A stretch of 51,688 nt of DNA, counting the filler, from Jimgerdemannia flammicorona (taxonomy: Eukaryota), in NCBI GenBank assembly GCA_003990765.1. It is 2 parts of 2 records of this genome, joined end to end, with 100 filler letters (N's around TTAATTAATTAA, not from the genome) between each part and the next. Parts side by side here need not be neighbours in the genome. Positions count along the whole stretch, not along the records: positions 25,898 to 51,688 come from RBNJ01000793.1; 1 more part is not named here. One strand, 5' to 3'. This document shows positions 38,667 through 50,430 of the stretch, piece by piece (position 1 is the stretch's first letter; every line of letters starts with the position of its first letter). The translations under genes were made by a program, and so were the position numbers. The notes beneath the pieces are model-generated. The model ran no database searches and had not been told where the DNA came from. It saw only the letters and a list, made by a program, of their open reading frames with translations.

Positions 38667-40330
38667 GTATTCATATGTTAACAGCTTGTCTGAGGTTAAT
38701 TTTGGGCTCATCAAGCCAGATCCTCTCTTGGGCGAATCCGCTCCCGTGGGTTGAACTACCCAATTAGTAGATTTGAGGAGTCGAAGTATATGGGTCTCGG
38801 TCTTTCGGAAGGTCAGACGAAGGGTTTAGGGAGGAGGTGATAGAAGTGAGGAGAACGTGGGATATAGATAATGGTTTATGGTGTTGAGTTGTTGAAGTCG
38901 ATATATCCTGAGTGGGGTGTCCATTTAATTTGTCCTTTCTTCTCCTTCCTCCTTTATACATGCCGCATAACTTTGTCCACGCACACGCTATCGTTGACCG
39001 ACACATGCTCACCACGAACAATTTATTGGTTTTATTTTAATGTCTAAATTCCCTCTCTCTTGTCGTATCTATCTGTTCCGTTAAGATTTCAATTCTATTT
39101 GTTCGCTGATGCACTGCGCACAATATTTCCGACCGGGATTTAAAAGCACATGTCCTTGTCCATTGATCGTTATGGGTTTTGTGGAAGGGGTAATTAATGA
39201 GGATGGAGGATCCGTGTTGAAGTTCAGCTCATTAGACACTTATACGTTTCCTGATTTAATGATGAATGACATGAGGAAATAGTTAGGAATGGACTGAAGG
39301 AACATTCCAATTATCCCACCGAACACTATTGGTTTAGCCAGCATTACCCGGCGGTGACATGATGGTGAAGAAACTATTCTGAATTTTGGATTCGGTCAGA
39401 TGATACTTTAGGTTCCTATATTCCATGGGAAATTATGTTTCGTGCTTGCTTGGTATGCCTGCCAAATCAATGGAACCAATACCAAATCCATTCATATTCA
39501 TTGGGACTGTATATACGTCCGAGCAGGGAAATAATGGTTTAAAAATCGTAACTAAAGATAAACCAACCACAAGAATTTCATTTTTTTAAAAAAATAAAAT
39601 AAAAAAAAAATAAAAAAAGGGATTAGAGAATGAGTCTTATTAATAAAGGTTGTAGATATTTCTAGAAGATACTATATGATATATAGAACAATATTATATA
39701 CTCTTATAAGTTAATTAAATATATGAAATCGAAATATATAAGTTAATAAATGAATATATAATATAATATAAATATCTTATTTATTTTTCATAAAAACATA
39801 ATAGTCAAATAAAGATATTATAGTATATAATTTGTAATTTTGACATCTTTAAGAAAAATTTAATACATTACTTCACATTTTTAATAATTTAAATTAAATT
39901 TATAGTTAATTTTAAATTAAATTATTCAAAATGAGATAAAATTTATTTAAATTAAATTAAAATTAAAATATTATCTATTTAATTATTTATAACCACTAGT
40001 ACTATTTATAGTAAACTTCAATTTTATTACTTAACTAATATATAGAAGTTTCTTAATAAGCTTTTTTATAATATCTCTTTAATTTATCTTAGTAATTAAT
40101 ATCTTTTTGGTATTTAATTTTCAAATAGCTTCAAATTATAAAAAAAATTCTTTAACTTAAACTTTTTATCTTAACAATTTTTATAAAAATAGATAAATTA
40201 ATTTATAAAAAAAAAAAAAGTTAGAAACATATATTATAAACAATATATACTAAATAGTTTTATAATTATTCAGATTATATCTTTTGAATATCTATAAATT
40301 AATTTATATTAAAAATAGTATTATATATAT

Positions 40331-41083
40331 TGTAATGTAGCAGATGCCTAATCTTGAAAGTATAGCAGATTTCTGTATCTTGAAAACTTGACTTGTTCTG
40401 ACTCTTGCAGAGTTCTTGGAGTGTGAAGTATATCTGCCTACAGACTTACTAGTTCCTTTGCTTTTTCTTTACTTTGAACTATTTCAATCTGAGGTTTATT
40501 TGCTCTAAGATACTGGGTTATTTATATAAGTTTGCTAGCTATAAGGTGGCTATGTTATGAGTCATTTTGCTAATAGCAAAGTATTTACTAATAGTAAAGT
40601 TTTATGACTGCTATTTATGTAGCTATACTATATCAGGACTTGGGTTCAAGTATAGTAATCAAATGTCTAATTCCTCTAATTTATATTCCTAATTCAGATC
40701 AACTATCACAACTTTCTCCTAGATAGATGATTTATTCCTGAGATATCCCATTCACTTGAACTCTCAGACTTCTATAATTTATATCTCTTTATACTATATA
40801 ATTTGTGTTATTATATTCTCCCAATATTATCTCCTAATATATCTGAAGTCTGCTGGGATTACTTCTCAGAGATGAGCTAGAGCTGTTTTATCTTCTTTAA
40901 ACAACTTGTTCACTTATTTGGTGAAAGTAATCTGAGTATGAGAGTGCTAGCATTCTTAGATCCAGTCTTCTTTTCTCATTTCTGGTTGTGAATTCAGTAG
41001 TTACCCAAGCTTGAAGTATTCTTGAAACTCATTTTGGTTCTAGTATATCTTGAAATGTAAAATTTGTGATAAGTGTGTTTACA
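40331..41083 (-). repeat. Family C 3' LTR (753 bp)
   Basis: TGTAA...TTACA termini; TATAAATA (40519-40526) and AATAAA (40495-40500) on minus; only one copy visible, so boundaries are inferred. Confidence 0.6.
40659..40979 (-). pseudogene. LTR (U3)-encoded ORF remnant of family C (~106 aa, 11 internal stops)
   Basis: MRKEDWI*EC*HSHTQITFTK*VNKLFKEDKTALAHL*EVIPADFRYIRR*YWENII...; supported mainly by motif similarity to family A/B LTR proteins. Confidence 0.5.
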
Positions 41084-43897
41084 CTATACTCTGAATACTA
41101 TCAAAAGATTCCTCCATAGTTGGTAACTTAGCAGAATACCACTGTCTTTCTATAGCTCATTATACAGTATGGTAACCTTGAGGGCTGTGTCATTACTCTA
41201 TTAATTGGCCATAATACATATCTCTTGAGTTGGTTTTGATGAATGGTAGTGGGGGATGAATGTACCTAAGGGCTTTTATAGCCAAAAGGTAGTTCCTTTT
41301 ATATCTATACAAGATAAGGTCCCTCTCACTTGGGCTCTAGTTTTCATGACTATGAAGCTTCTATCATATTCCAAATACTAGGACTTTGTCTCCTATTTTA
41401 ATAATCTCCAGGGGCTTGTATATCTTCTCTACATTATTCTGTTGTAGTATCTGTATCTTATTTATATAAATCTTGGCCTTTTTCCTGATTTGGTGTATCT
41501 CTATATTCATGTGTTTCCATATAGCATCTCTATTAGCTGATAAGGTTCTCTGATAACTTTCTTCTCTGAACAGCATTTCTTGAGGGGTAAAATGAGTACT
41601 TTATGATCAAATATCCCAAAGAGCAGATAATGCTTTTGGCAGATAATGATCCCAGTTTTCATTGATATTACACATCTTGGTAATAATATTCTTGAGGGCT
41701 TATTGGTCTTTTCTGTTTGTTTATTTCTCTGAGAGTGATAGGCCATGGTCTGAATGTGCTGGATTCTGTATTTCTTATAGAGAATCTCAAAGAACTGATT
41801 CATGAATTCTGTTCCTCTGTCTGTAGTTACTTGTATTGGAGTCTTGAATTGGCAGATGATTTCTTTGCAGAAGAAATCAGCAATTAACTGTGCATTGGCT
41901 TCTTTGAGGGATTCTGCCTCTATCTATTTTGTAAAGAGATCCACAATAACAATGATATATTGATTGCCAGTCAATGACATAGGTAGTAGACCAATTATAT
42001 CTATTATTATATGAGCAAAGAGTACTGGTTCTACATACATATATATACTGATCCTGGAGTTTGGTTTCATTGGTCTTATTTCTGTTTTTGGTATTTATCA
42101 TAGGTTTTGACAAATTGTCTGATATTTTCCTCCATCTCTGGTCACTATATTGTTCTTCTTACTTTATCATATGTATTTGTTCCTCCTAGATGGCCAAGTT
42201 CATATACTGACTTTATTGCTTACTCCTTCTTATGTTCAGATATAACTAGTAGCTTTCCTTTCTTCAGTATTTCTAAATGTTTTCTATATATTCTGTTGAT
42301 AATTATTTGTGTCCATTCTTCCAGATGTTGGAGTATCTTTCACTATCCCAAGTAAGTGATGATTCTGTAGTAGAGCTCTTTATTTATGGTTAATTTGCTG
42401 GTTGGAGGTCCTTTGGGATATCTGTGAGAGGCCATCTGCATTAGTATTAGTTTTTTCTAGACAGTACACAATGGTTATGTCATAGGCTTACAATTTCATA
42501 ATCCATCTGATATAGATTCCTTTGGATTGCCTGGTGGTTGGTAGCTAAGTGAGAGCTAAGTGATCCATTTGAATGGTGAAGTGTCTCTCTGCAAGGTAGT
42601 AGTGGAACTTCTCTGTAGCCCAGATGACTACAAGACATTCCAACTTATAGGATTTATACTCCTTTCAGCTCCTCTGGTTCCTCAGCTGAGATATGTAATT
42701 TCATATTCTATCTTATCTTTTTTCTGGGCCAGGACTGCTCCTAGTCCTTGAGTACTTATATCTATCTACAAGATAAATTCTTGAGTCCAATTGAGTCTTC
42801 TGTGGATGGGTGTCTGAGTTAGTCTGACCTTAAGCTCATTGAATGCTTTTTGTTATCTTCCTGTCTATTGGAATTGGTATTCTTTCTGTTGAGTTTGTAG
42901 ATTTGGCCCATGATATTAGAAAATCTTCTAATTAATCTGCAGTAGTATGAGGTAAGTCTTATGAAGACTTGGGCTTCAGTAACTATAGTGAGCTATGGAT
43001 ATACTGCTACTGCTTGAATCTTGAGGAAGTCTGTATGTATTCCATCTTGATTGATGACATGGTCAAGATGGATGATCTTGATTTCTACAAACTTACACTT
43101 CTTGATTGATGTAAAGACCATACTATCTTAGCTTCTCCATTATCTACTAGATGTACTGCAAATATTCTTTAGCTGTTTTGCTGTAGAAGATAATATCATT
43201 CACATAAACCATCTTCCATCTTCCCATATCATCATAGAAGATTTTGTTCATCATTCACTGGAAGCTCACAGAGGTATTACACATTATGAATAGTATTTGC
43301 AAGTAGACATAGGTTTCATCTAGGGTGATGAAAGCTGACTTTTTACTTGCTGCTTCAGTGAGACTGATTTGGTAGAATCCTGAGTATAATTCCAAGGTAC
43401 TATAGTACTGTGCTTTATCTTCCAAGATTACAAGGATGTTACTGATGAGGGATAATAATTGGTGATCTTTCTTAGGGACCAAGTTGAGCTTTCTGTAATC
43501 AATGCTAAGTCTTAGGGCAAATTCTCCTGGCTTGTTTTCTTTTATTGGGACTAGTATAACTGGTGAAGCCCAAGGGCTGCTGGCTTCTTTAATGATACCA
43601 GCTTCTTCCATCTGCTTGATTTCTCCTCTGAGCCATTTATGGTAGACTGGCAGTATTGGCCTTGCTTTTTGATAGATTGGTTCAGTATCTTCTATATCTA
43701 TATTATGATTGTAGTATGGGATCTTTACTTTGATATCCTTGAAGTCTGTGGCTAGAACATTCTCAAATTTATAAAGTATCTTCTTAAGTTCCTTCTTGAG
43801 TGAGAATTCATTTCTAATGGTATAGCTATACTTGTTTATAGTTTCCTCCTTCTTGTGATCTAGTTTGGTGATCTTAGTTCTGGATAATACTCCTCTT

Positions 43898-44320
43898 TCT
43901 GTAGATCTGAATTCTTTTCTTCCTCTTTCCTTTTCCTCCAACTTCTTAACTTCCATGATCTTTGGCTGAAGAACTGAGAAGATCAACATCTATACCAGTC
44001 AGTCCTTCTTCTTGATTGGAAATGGAATCATAGGATTGTAGTTCTTAGCAATGAGTAGTATTTCTCCAATGTAATCTAAATCAATGACTTCTCCTTCAAT
44101 GTAATTTCACTCTTAGCCAGGCTGCTTCTTGTCTTGAGGATTCTGAGATGGTACTTTGGAATAGTCATCTCTAGACTGGTTGCAAGTAGAGTGGTTGTCT
44201 GGGGCTCCAGTATAGTTTCTTCTACTATGGAAATATTCATTTTGGCTATATTTCCTGACTTATATTCTGATAGGACTGTATCAGGGTGGATCCTCCAAAT
44301 ATTGACCTTGATTTCTTCTT
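43898..44320 (-). pseudogene. dut: dUTPase domain in family C, between protease and RT
   Basis: Minus-strand reading with frameshifts: TRSSLAK, GEVIDLDYIGEI, FPIKKKD(R)LV(Q)M, ERGRKEFRST (decayed RGxxGFGST). Confidence 0.8.
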
Positions 44321-47138
44321 CATCATCACTGTCCTCCAGAGGGCTGGTGGTTCATCATCCTCTTCCTCCTCCTCCCCTTCTCTTGCCTGTTATTTGAGGG
44401 CCTTCTGTCCTCTTTGCTGGTAGATCTTTCAAATATTAATACTATATTAGTAGCAATCATTGATGTGCTAACTATAGTACATCTTGATTCTATGGAGACA
44501 GACTCCTTATAGTACATATCCTTCTACAATCTGCCTACATCAGGCTTCTTCACTGATCCATCTGACCTTCTTCTTCTTTTTCTGAGTAGTTGCCATATAG
44601 GCTTCTTCTTACTCACTTTTTTCTTCCTCTATCTCAGACAGTACTCCTTTGTTGATATTAATGAGAATTCACATCTTCTAGTCTCAGTAAATAATCTGTA
44701 TATTCTGAGCATTCAGATTAATTATTGTCTTGACTTTATAAAGCCACTAGTTGCTGATGAGAATGTCATAGTTGGTGGCATTAGTTATGATCACATCTAC
44801 TGAAATAGTTGCTTCTCCAAACTTGATGGAAACATCTTGGATCTTTCTTAGAGATGTGACTCTTATATTGTCTACTGTAACAAATACCAATTTGGTTACT
44901 TCTTCAACTTTCCAACCTAAGTAGTCTGTTGCTTTCTTACTAAAGAGACATCCTTCTAATTCTGTATCAATGATGGCTTCAAAGTTCCTATCTTCAATCT
45001 GACATATTGCATAGGCAGAGGTCTTGCAATTGTCTTCACTCTCTTCTTTTAAGTCTTCTTGAACATTGTTGGTCTCAGTTATCTTCCAACCTTGCTTTTT
45101 GGTGGTCTCAGTAAGTCTATATCTTATTTGCTATCTGAATGTAGATATTTCTACCAGCTGGCCAAAGGTTGTATTGACCTTTTATTGACTGAGGTCTTTG
45201 AAGATATTGTACTTAAAGGTCTTGGTTTTATAAACCTCCTTCTTCTTCTCTCCTTTGCTGACTAGAGTGGTTCCTCAGATGATATCTTGAACAGCCTGTT
45301 CTAGCTCTATATCTTGATTCATTTCTTTATCTTAACTTTCTGTAGCAGTCTTCATTTGCTTTTCCATTAGATTCTTCTTAGGTCTCCTTAGTGGTCTCTT
45401 ATAGGGTTGTTTACAGACATCTTTCCTAATAGTCTCAGTAGAGTAGGCTTCCTATTTCTCTTCATCTGATTTCCCAATCTCCTTGAAGGTAATAGTGTTG
45501 GCCTATTCCTTGTTTTGAGTAGCAGTGCTTAACCAGGCTTTGTATTTGGTTTCACTTATATATTTATATGAGTAGTGGCCTTCTTCTTTGCAAGTATAGC
45601 AGGTATATTTCTTCTTGTCTAAGGTGGTAGTAAATTTCTGACCTACAGTAGTTACTTTCTTTAATTTCCTTTATCACATCTTCTAGGTAGGCTGTCATTT
45701 CAGCAAACTTCTTGGCAAGTTCCTCTATGGTATCACTATTCCTCTGCTGCTCAGTAGATCTTGGCCGAGGTATATTTCAATTGATCACTGTAGTAGAGAT
45801 CACACTGATTGCCTTAGGTGCTTTGATTCTAACTCTGGTAACTCTTTTCATTATATAGTCTTGAGGGTGTCTGGCTATCTAGTATTGCTGGGTATAGATG
45901 ACTTTTTGTGATAGATCCAGAACTATTGGTAATAAACAGATAGCTAGAGCTATTTCTGAATAAACTCCTTTCATAAAGGTTGTCTTGGTTACTTGATCTC
46001 AGATAGCAGCAGCATAATCTGCAAGAATTATCTAATATCTGATTCTGGTGTAGAATGTGTTTGGATCCTCACTCATTCCTTGGCAGATTGTATTGAGCTA
46101 ATTCTTCAGAGCTTATTTGATCTTATCTAAATAGTAGGTGGTTCGAAGCCAGGCCTTCGATACTGCTAGCATTGCATTGTCATCAATTCCTGTATGGGTT
46201 GTAGCTGTGAATGCTGCTCTTGCTGGTCCTCAGAGACTGAAGGGTAGAAGGGCTACTTGCTTTATTGCTGTCAGAGTTCTTATAGCAGCATACTACTTAA
46301 AATCATCAATAAAGCTTGGCTGGTCCATTCAAGAGCAAAAGGTTGAGGTGCCATCAATATCTATGATTTTTCTAGGCATTGAGCTTGATTTAGTCATGAT
46401 GGGAGCTCATCTCTCCATAGGCAAACTCAATACTATCATAATACTTCTTCATTAGTGGTCTATGTAGATGTCTTATATAAGACCCCAACTTTAATCCCTC
46501 ATTAGCTCCTTGGCTTTCACTAGTAAAATTGTCCTACAAGTATGGCCCTTTCTCTAGCATTTCATCAATCTGCTCTCTGGCAACTCTAACTTCCACATCT
46601 CTTTATCTGATGTATTCCACACTGATATTCAGTAGTGGCTTGCTTTTCTACTACTTTGGAATAGTATTTTGGTTATTCATCTGATCAAGTAGTCTAGTTC
46701 ACCTGATACCTATCTATGGACTGATATTAGTAGCAACTTAGGCTTCAGGATATATTATGAAGAATTGTGGTTCTTGGCCCCATGGCCCTCTGCTCTAATG
46801 TCATATAATATTCAATTCAAAGAGCTCTATGCTGTTGTGATGGCGACTGCCACTTGGGATACTTAGTGGGCTTTCTGCCAGATCCTTCTTCATATAGATA
46901 ATCAAGCAGTCATTGCCATTGTCACCTCAGGCACTATATACAACTCTCTTCTACTTAAGCTTCTTTGCTAAATTTATTTTCTCATAGTGTTGCATACCTT
47001 CCAACTTTATGCTACATATGTCTCTATCTCTAATAATGGCATCACTGATACTTTGTCCCACTCTGATCTCTCTTGCTTCCACTATCTTATTCCCCATATA
47101 TAGATATATCCAACAACAATTGGTATCATCTGTATGTC

Positions 47139-48118
47139 ATGCCTCCACCCATTATTGCCTTCTTTCTGTGGTTTGGACTGGCAAAATCTATACACTACTC
47201 ATATTTTTCAAGACAAAGCAGCTTTGTCCAATTCTGCACCCTCTACAGTAACAGTAGTTCCAGCAGTACCCTACCTATATCCAAGCTGGTACTGATGCAT
47301 TGGGTCTATCATCTCACCTTATGGTGCCAGCAACCCACTACTATCAAGCAGTATCTCTCTACCATTCAGTCTCTTCACATTGACTCTGGTCTTGCTGACC
47401 CTTTCATAGACCTCCAACAGCTGCCCTGAGTTATTTATAGTGTCAAATGATGGCTGAGCATATGGCCAGCCCCTCCTCAGCTCCCAAACACCATTGATAT
47501 CTTATGGCAGCTTCTGGTCCTTCTGCATCTGCAAGACCATGACAACCTCAATCTGGTAACAGTAATATCTCTGACCTATGTTGGGTTCCTGAGATTGAGT
47601 GAGTTCATATGAGATTGTTAGTTTGATTTCTCCTTCCAGATTTCTTGGAGCTGCATAGCCTTCTACCCTCATATCATAGACCCTATACATATTACTCTGA
47701 CTCTACCTGTCTTGAAAACAGACCTCTTCCAATAGGGTTATGCCCTGTTCATCATCAAAATGGCACCAAATACACCATGCATCATATCTCTACTTTGTCT
47801 TCCATTCCTTGCTGCCCCCAATCCAGCAGGTGTCTCTCTATTTATGTACTCTGTAAGCCACCCCTTCTTATGCTCCTATCTCATTTACTGTCTCTGGTCT
47901 CTGCTGCTATATATTGGACTCAATCTAGCTCTCTACACTGGTTATAGTTTTCAGATCAGTGCTATGTCAGATACCACTATAGCAGATGTATCAGACTACA
48001 AAATTCAAATACTTAGGCACTGATCAAGCATGGTATTCTAAGGGTATATTCACATGTCTATATCTCACACCTGTAATCTTCAGACCTCTCTTACTCAGCT
48101 GTTTCCCTTGGCCACTGA
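47139..48118 (+). pseudogene. Tyrosine recombinase of the Ngaro-like element
   Basis: TTIKQYLSTIQSLH (N-domain), GFLRLSE (box I), LKTD, TGYSFQISA (decayed GHSFRIGA), IQILRH*SS...YI (decayed LGRW..YI). Confidence 0.82.
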
Positions 48119-48399
48119 TATTTCTAACCACATGTCTGTAATATTGATTAATTAGTGAAGTATATCTTGCTGTATGTAGGTCCATAATATGGGCCATTAA
48201 TACAGAGCACTATGTACTCTTCACATCATTCTGGTATCATATTGCTCACAGTACCAACCTATCTTCTCTACCTATACTTCTCTACTTTCCTTTGGGTAAT
48301 GGTCCTTCCTCATTCTCACTTCTTCCATATTAGGTCATATAACACTTTCTTTCTTATTCTTGCTTCTCCTACATCAGGTCACAATACTTATTTGGTCCA

Positions 48400-48945
48400 G
48401 TTTTTCTACTATATATTTCTTTTCTTTTCACCCAAATATATATTCCTTGAATCAAAAAACCTTTCTGAAGATCTTTCTTCCCCCTTTGAACTTGTCATAC
48501 CTCTTGATATAATCACAAAAAATTAAATGAGGTGACTCATTTGAGCCAACAGATCAATGGATGTAGGAATGTCTTGAGTGCTTAGGTCTTTAGTTCTATA
48601 TGCCTTATCTCTGTTTTGGGCTGCATAGTAGGTGTACATTTCCTTTTTTGGTTTTCTTCACTTAATGCTATCTAATTAAGTACTCCATATACTATATACT
48701 ACTCTTTATACTATATACTACTCTATATACTATAACATATATTTGCATTTACTTTCATGTATGTTTACACTTACTTTTTCTACCACCCTCCCTCCCAACA
48801 CATATATATAAGGGGCTGGTTTTTCTACTGTATATTTCTTTTCTTTTCACTCAAATATATATTTCTTAAATCAAAAATCTTTCCTGAGATTCTTTCTTCC
48901 CTCTTTGAACTCATTATACCTCTTGACATTATCACAAAAGATTAA
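48400..48945 (+). repeat. Split direct repeats B1 (48400-48526) - A2 (48527-48818) - B2 (48819-48945)
   Basis: Two 127-bp direct repeats around a segment ending in TATATATAAGG; Ngaro B1-A2-B2 layout. Confidence 0.8.
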
Positions 48946-49642
48946 CAGAGAACCTGAATCTTGCCACAAGCCAGTCTATCTGATATAACTTTGCAGTGGA
49001 TCTAGTCTTTCTAATATAACTCTATATAAACAAAACCAGTCTTTGATGTAACTTGCTAAGAATCTGTGATATCTGAGTTATCTATGCTATCTGAGTTATT
49101 TCCCAGAAGCCTGCTGATTCAGAAAGAATCCATAACATCTGAGTTATCCATATTATCTGAGTTATCCAAGTTATCTGATATTTACAGAAGAACCTGCTGA
49201 ACCAGGAGAATCTGCACTAAAATCAAGTTATCCACTAAATCTGTATAAGAAATACTACTGAGATTATTATGCAGAAATTGCATACTTTTGAAGATCATCA
49301 CTCAAGAAGAAAACTGCTAAATTTCCAGATCATCCCACATAAGAAATCTGCTGAACTAAAAGATTATCATACCAGAAATTGAATACTTTTAGAGAATTCC
49401 TATACTATATATAAAATCGCCACTATATCCAAGAACTATCCCAATAAGGAAATCCACCCAAATTTACCACCACATGAGCAGAAGAACTATCATTATATTG
49501 AGATTGACTATTATATCACTAAACACCAACAAGGAATCTTGGCACATTTTGTTGCTTTTTGACAAAGTAACTGGGGGCTCAAGCCAAACTACATTAATCT
49601 CACAACCTTGTAATTTGCCTCTATTGAGCTAGGTATATTACA
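48946..49642 (+). repeat. Unclassified repeat, possibly a partial LTR, with ATCTGAGTT-type short repeats
   Basis: Repeated ATCTGAGTTAT motifs 49070-49240, TATA-like at ~49407, ends TTACA. Confidence 0.3.
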
Positions 49643-50430
49643 ATAAATATAATTCATACTTATATGTGTCTGGAATCTTAGTGGTCTTTAGATATTTTTT
49701 ACTTCTAATTACATACTCTGAATAATTTCTGAATATTATACAAATATTATTTAAATTATTTTTTCAGAGTAGAGTTCAGGTTCAGGTTCAGGGATTTGGT
49801 TTAGAGTTAGGTTAAGGATAAATAATAGTTAAGTTAAAGACAGATTATATATTTTTTCCAGATTAGATTAAATATGAGTTATATTTAATTTTAAGTTAGT
49901 TTAAAGATGAGTCATATTTTTTCTTAAGTTGAAATAATGATAGATCATATATAATTCTAGATTAGCTATTTTCTAGATCAGATTTCAGATTTATTAGATC
50001 AGATTTGCAGAATACTAGCTATAATGACAATATTATATACTTCTAGAAGATATCTTATAAGTACCAGGATCTTGTCTTCATTATTGAAATAATCTATAGA
50101 TATATTGAGTAAATTCACTTAATTTACTAGATTATCAATAAAATTAATTCAATTATAGATCCTTTTTTTAGATTTCATTCATAGATTGAAAAGCTGAGAT
50201 TTCAGATAGAATCAATTTGATATAAATAGTTATATATACAATGCAGAGTTTTCTATATATCATATATTATTATAGTATATATTACAAACTTCATTTATAG
50301 GTTTGAAAGAATAAAAGTGATCTTTTATAATACTTAGTAGTTAATTGTAGTATTATAATGATAAATTTATACCTGTGGTTTTATATATATATCCACTAAG
50401 CTATGTTTATCTAAAAGATTCTATATATAT

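Larger units (their letters stand above)
40331..46313 (-). mobile_element. Ty3/Gypsy family C (gag-PR-dUTPase-RT-RH-IN, 3' LTR), 5' end lost
   Basis: Gag knuckle CYTCKEEGHYS (~45570-45605), protease EAIIDT (~44965), RT SSPWASPVILV/IDYRKLN/SGFYQI, integrase remnants (41360-42200), LTR 40331-41083. Confidence 0.88.
46314..48945 (+). mobile_element. Ngaro-type (DIRS order) tyrosine-recombinase retrotransposon, 5'-truncated
   Basis: RT end (KVEVPSISMIFLGIELD), RNase H (WTD..S..GF, NIQFKELYAVV, IDNQAVI), YR ORF, split direct repeats at the 3' end. Confidence 0.85.

Noticed and set aside
38690..38720. Sm-site-like AATTTTGG suggesting an snRNA
   Set aside because: No other U1/U2/U4/U5 signature found nearby.
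39640..40330. Very AT-rich tract (also 49650-50430), possible centromere or DNA-transposon relic
   Set aside because: No diagnostic motif or confirmed terminal repeats; most simply end-stage mutated repeats.
46138..46455. 105-aa ORF
   Set aside because: Chimera of antisense gag and sense Ngaro RT across a junction.
49770..49820. Telomere-like TTCAGG/TTAGG repeats
   Set aside because: Short, degenerate and interstitial within AT-eroded repeat DNA.
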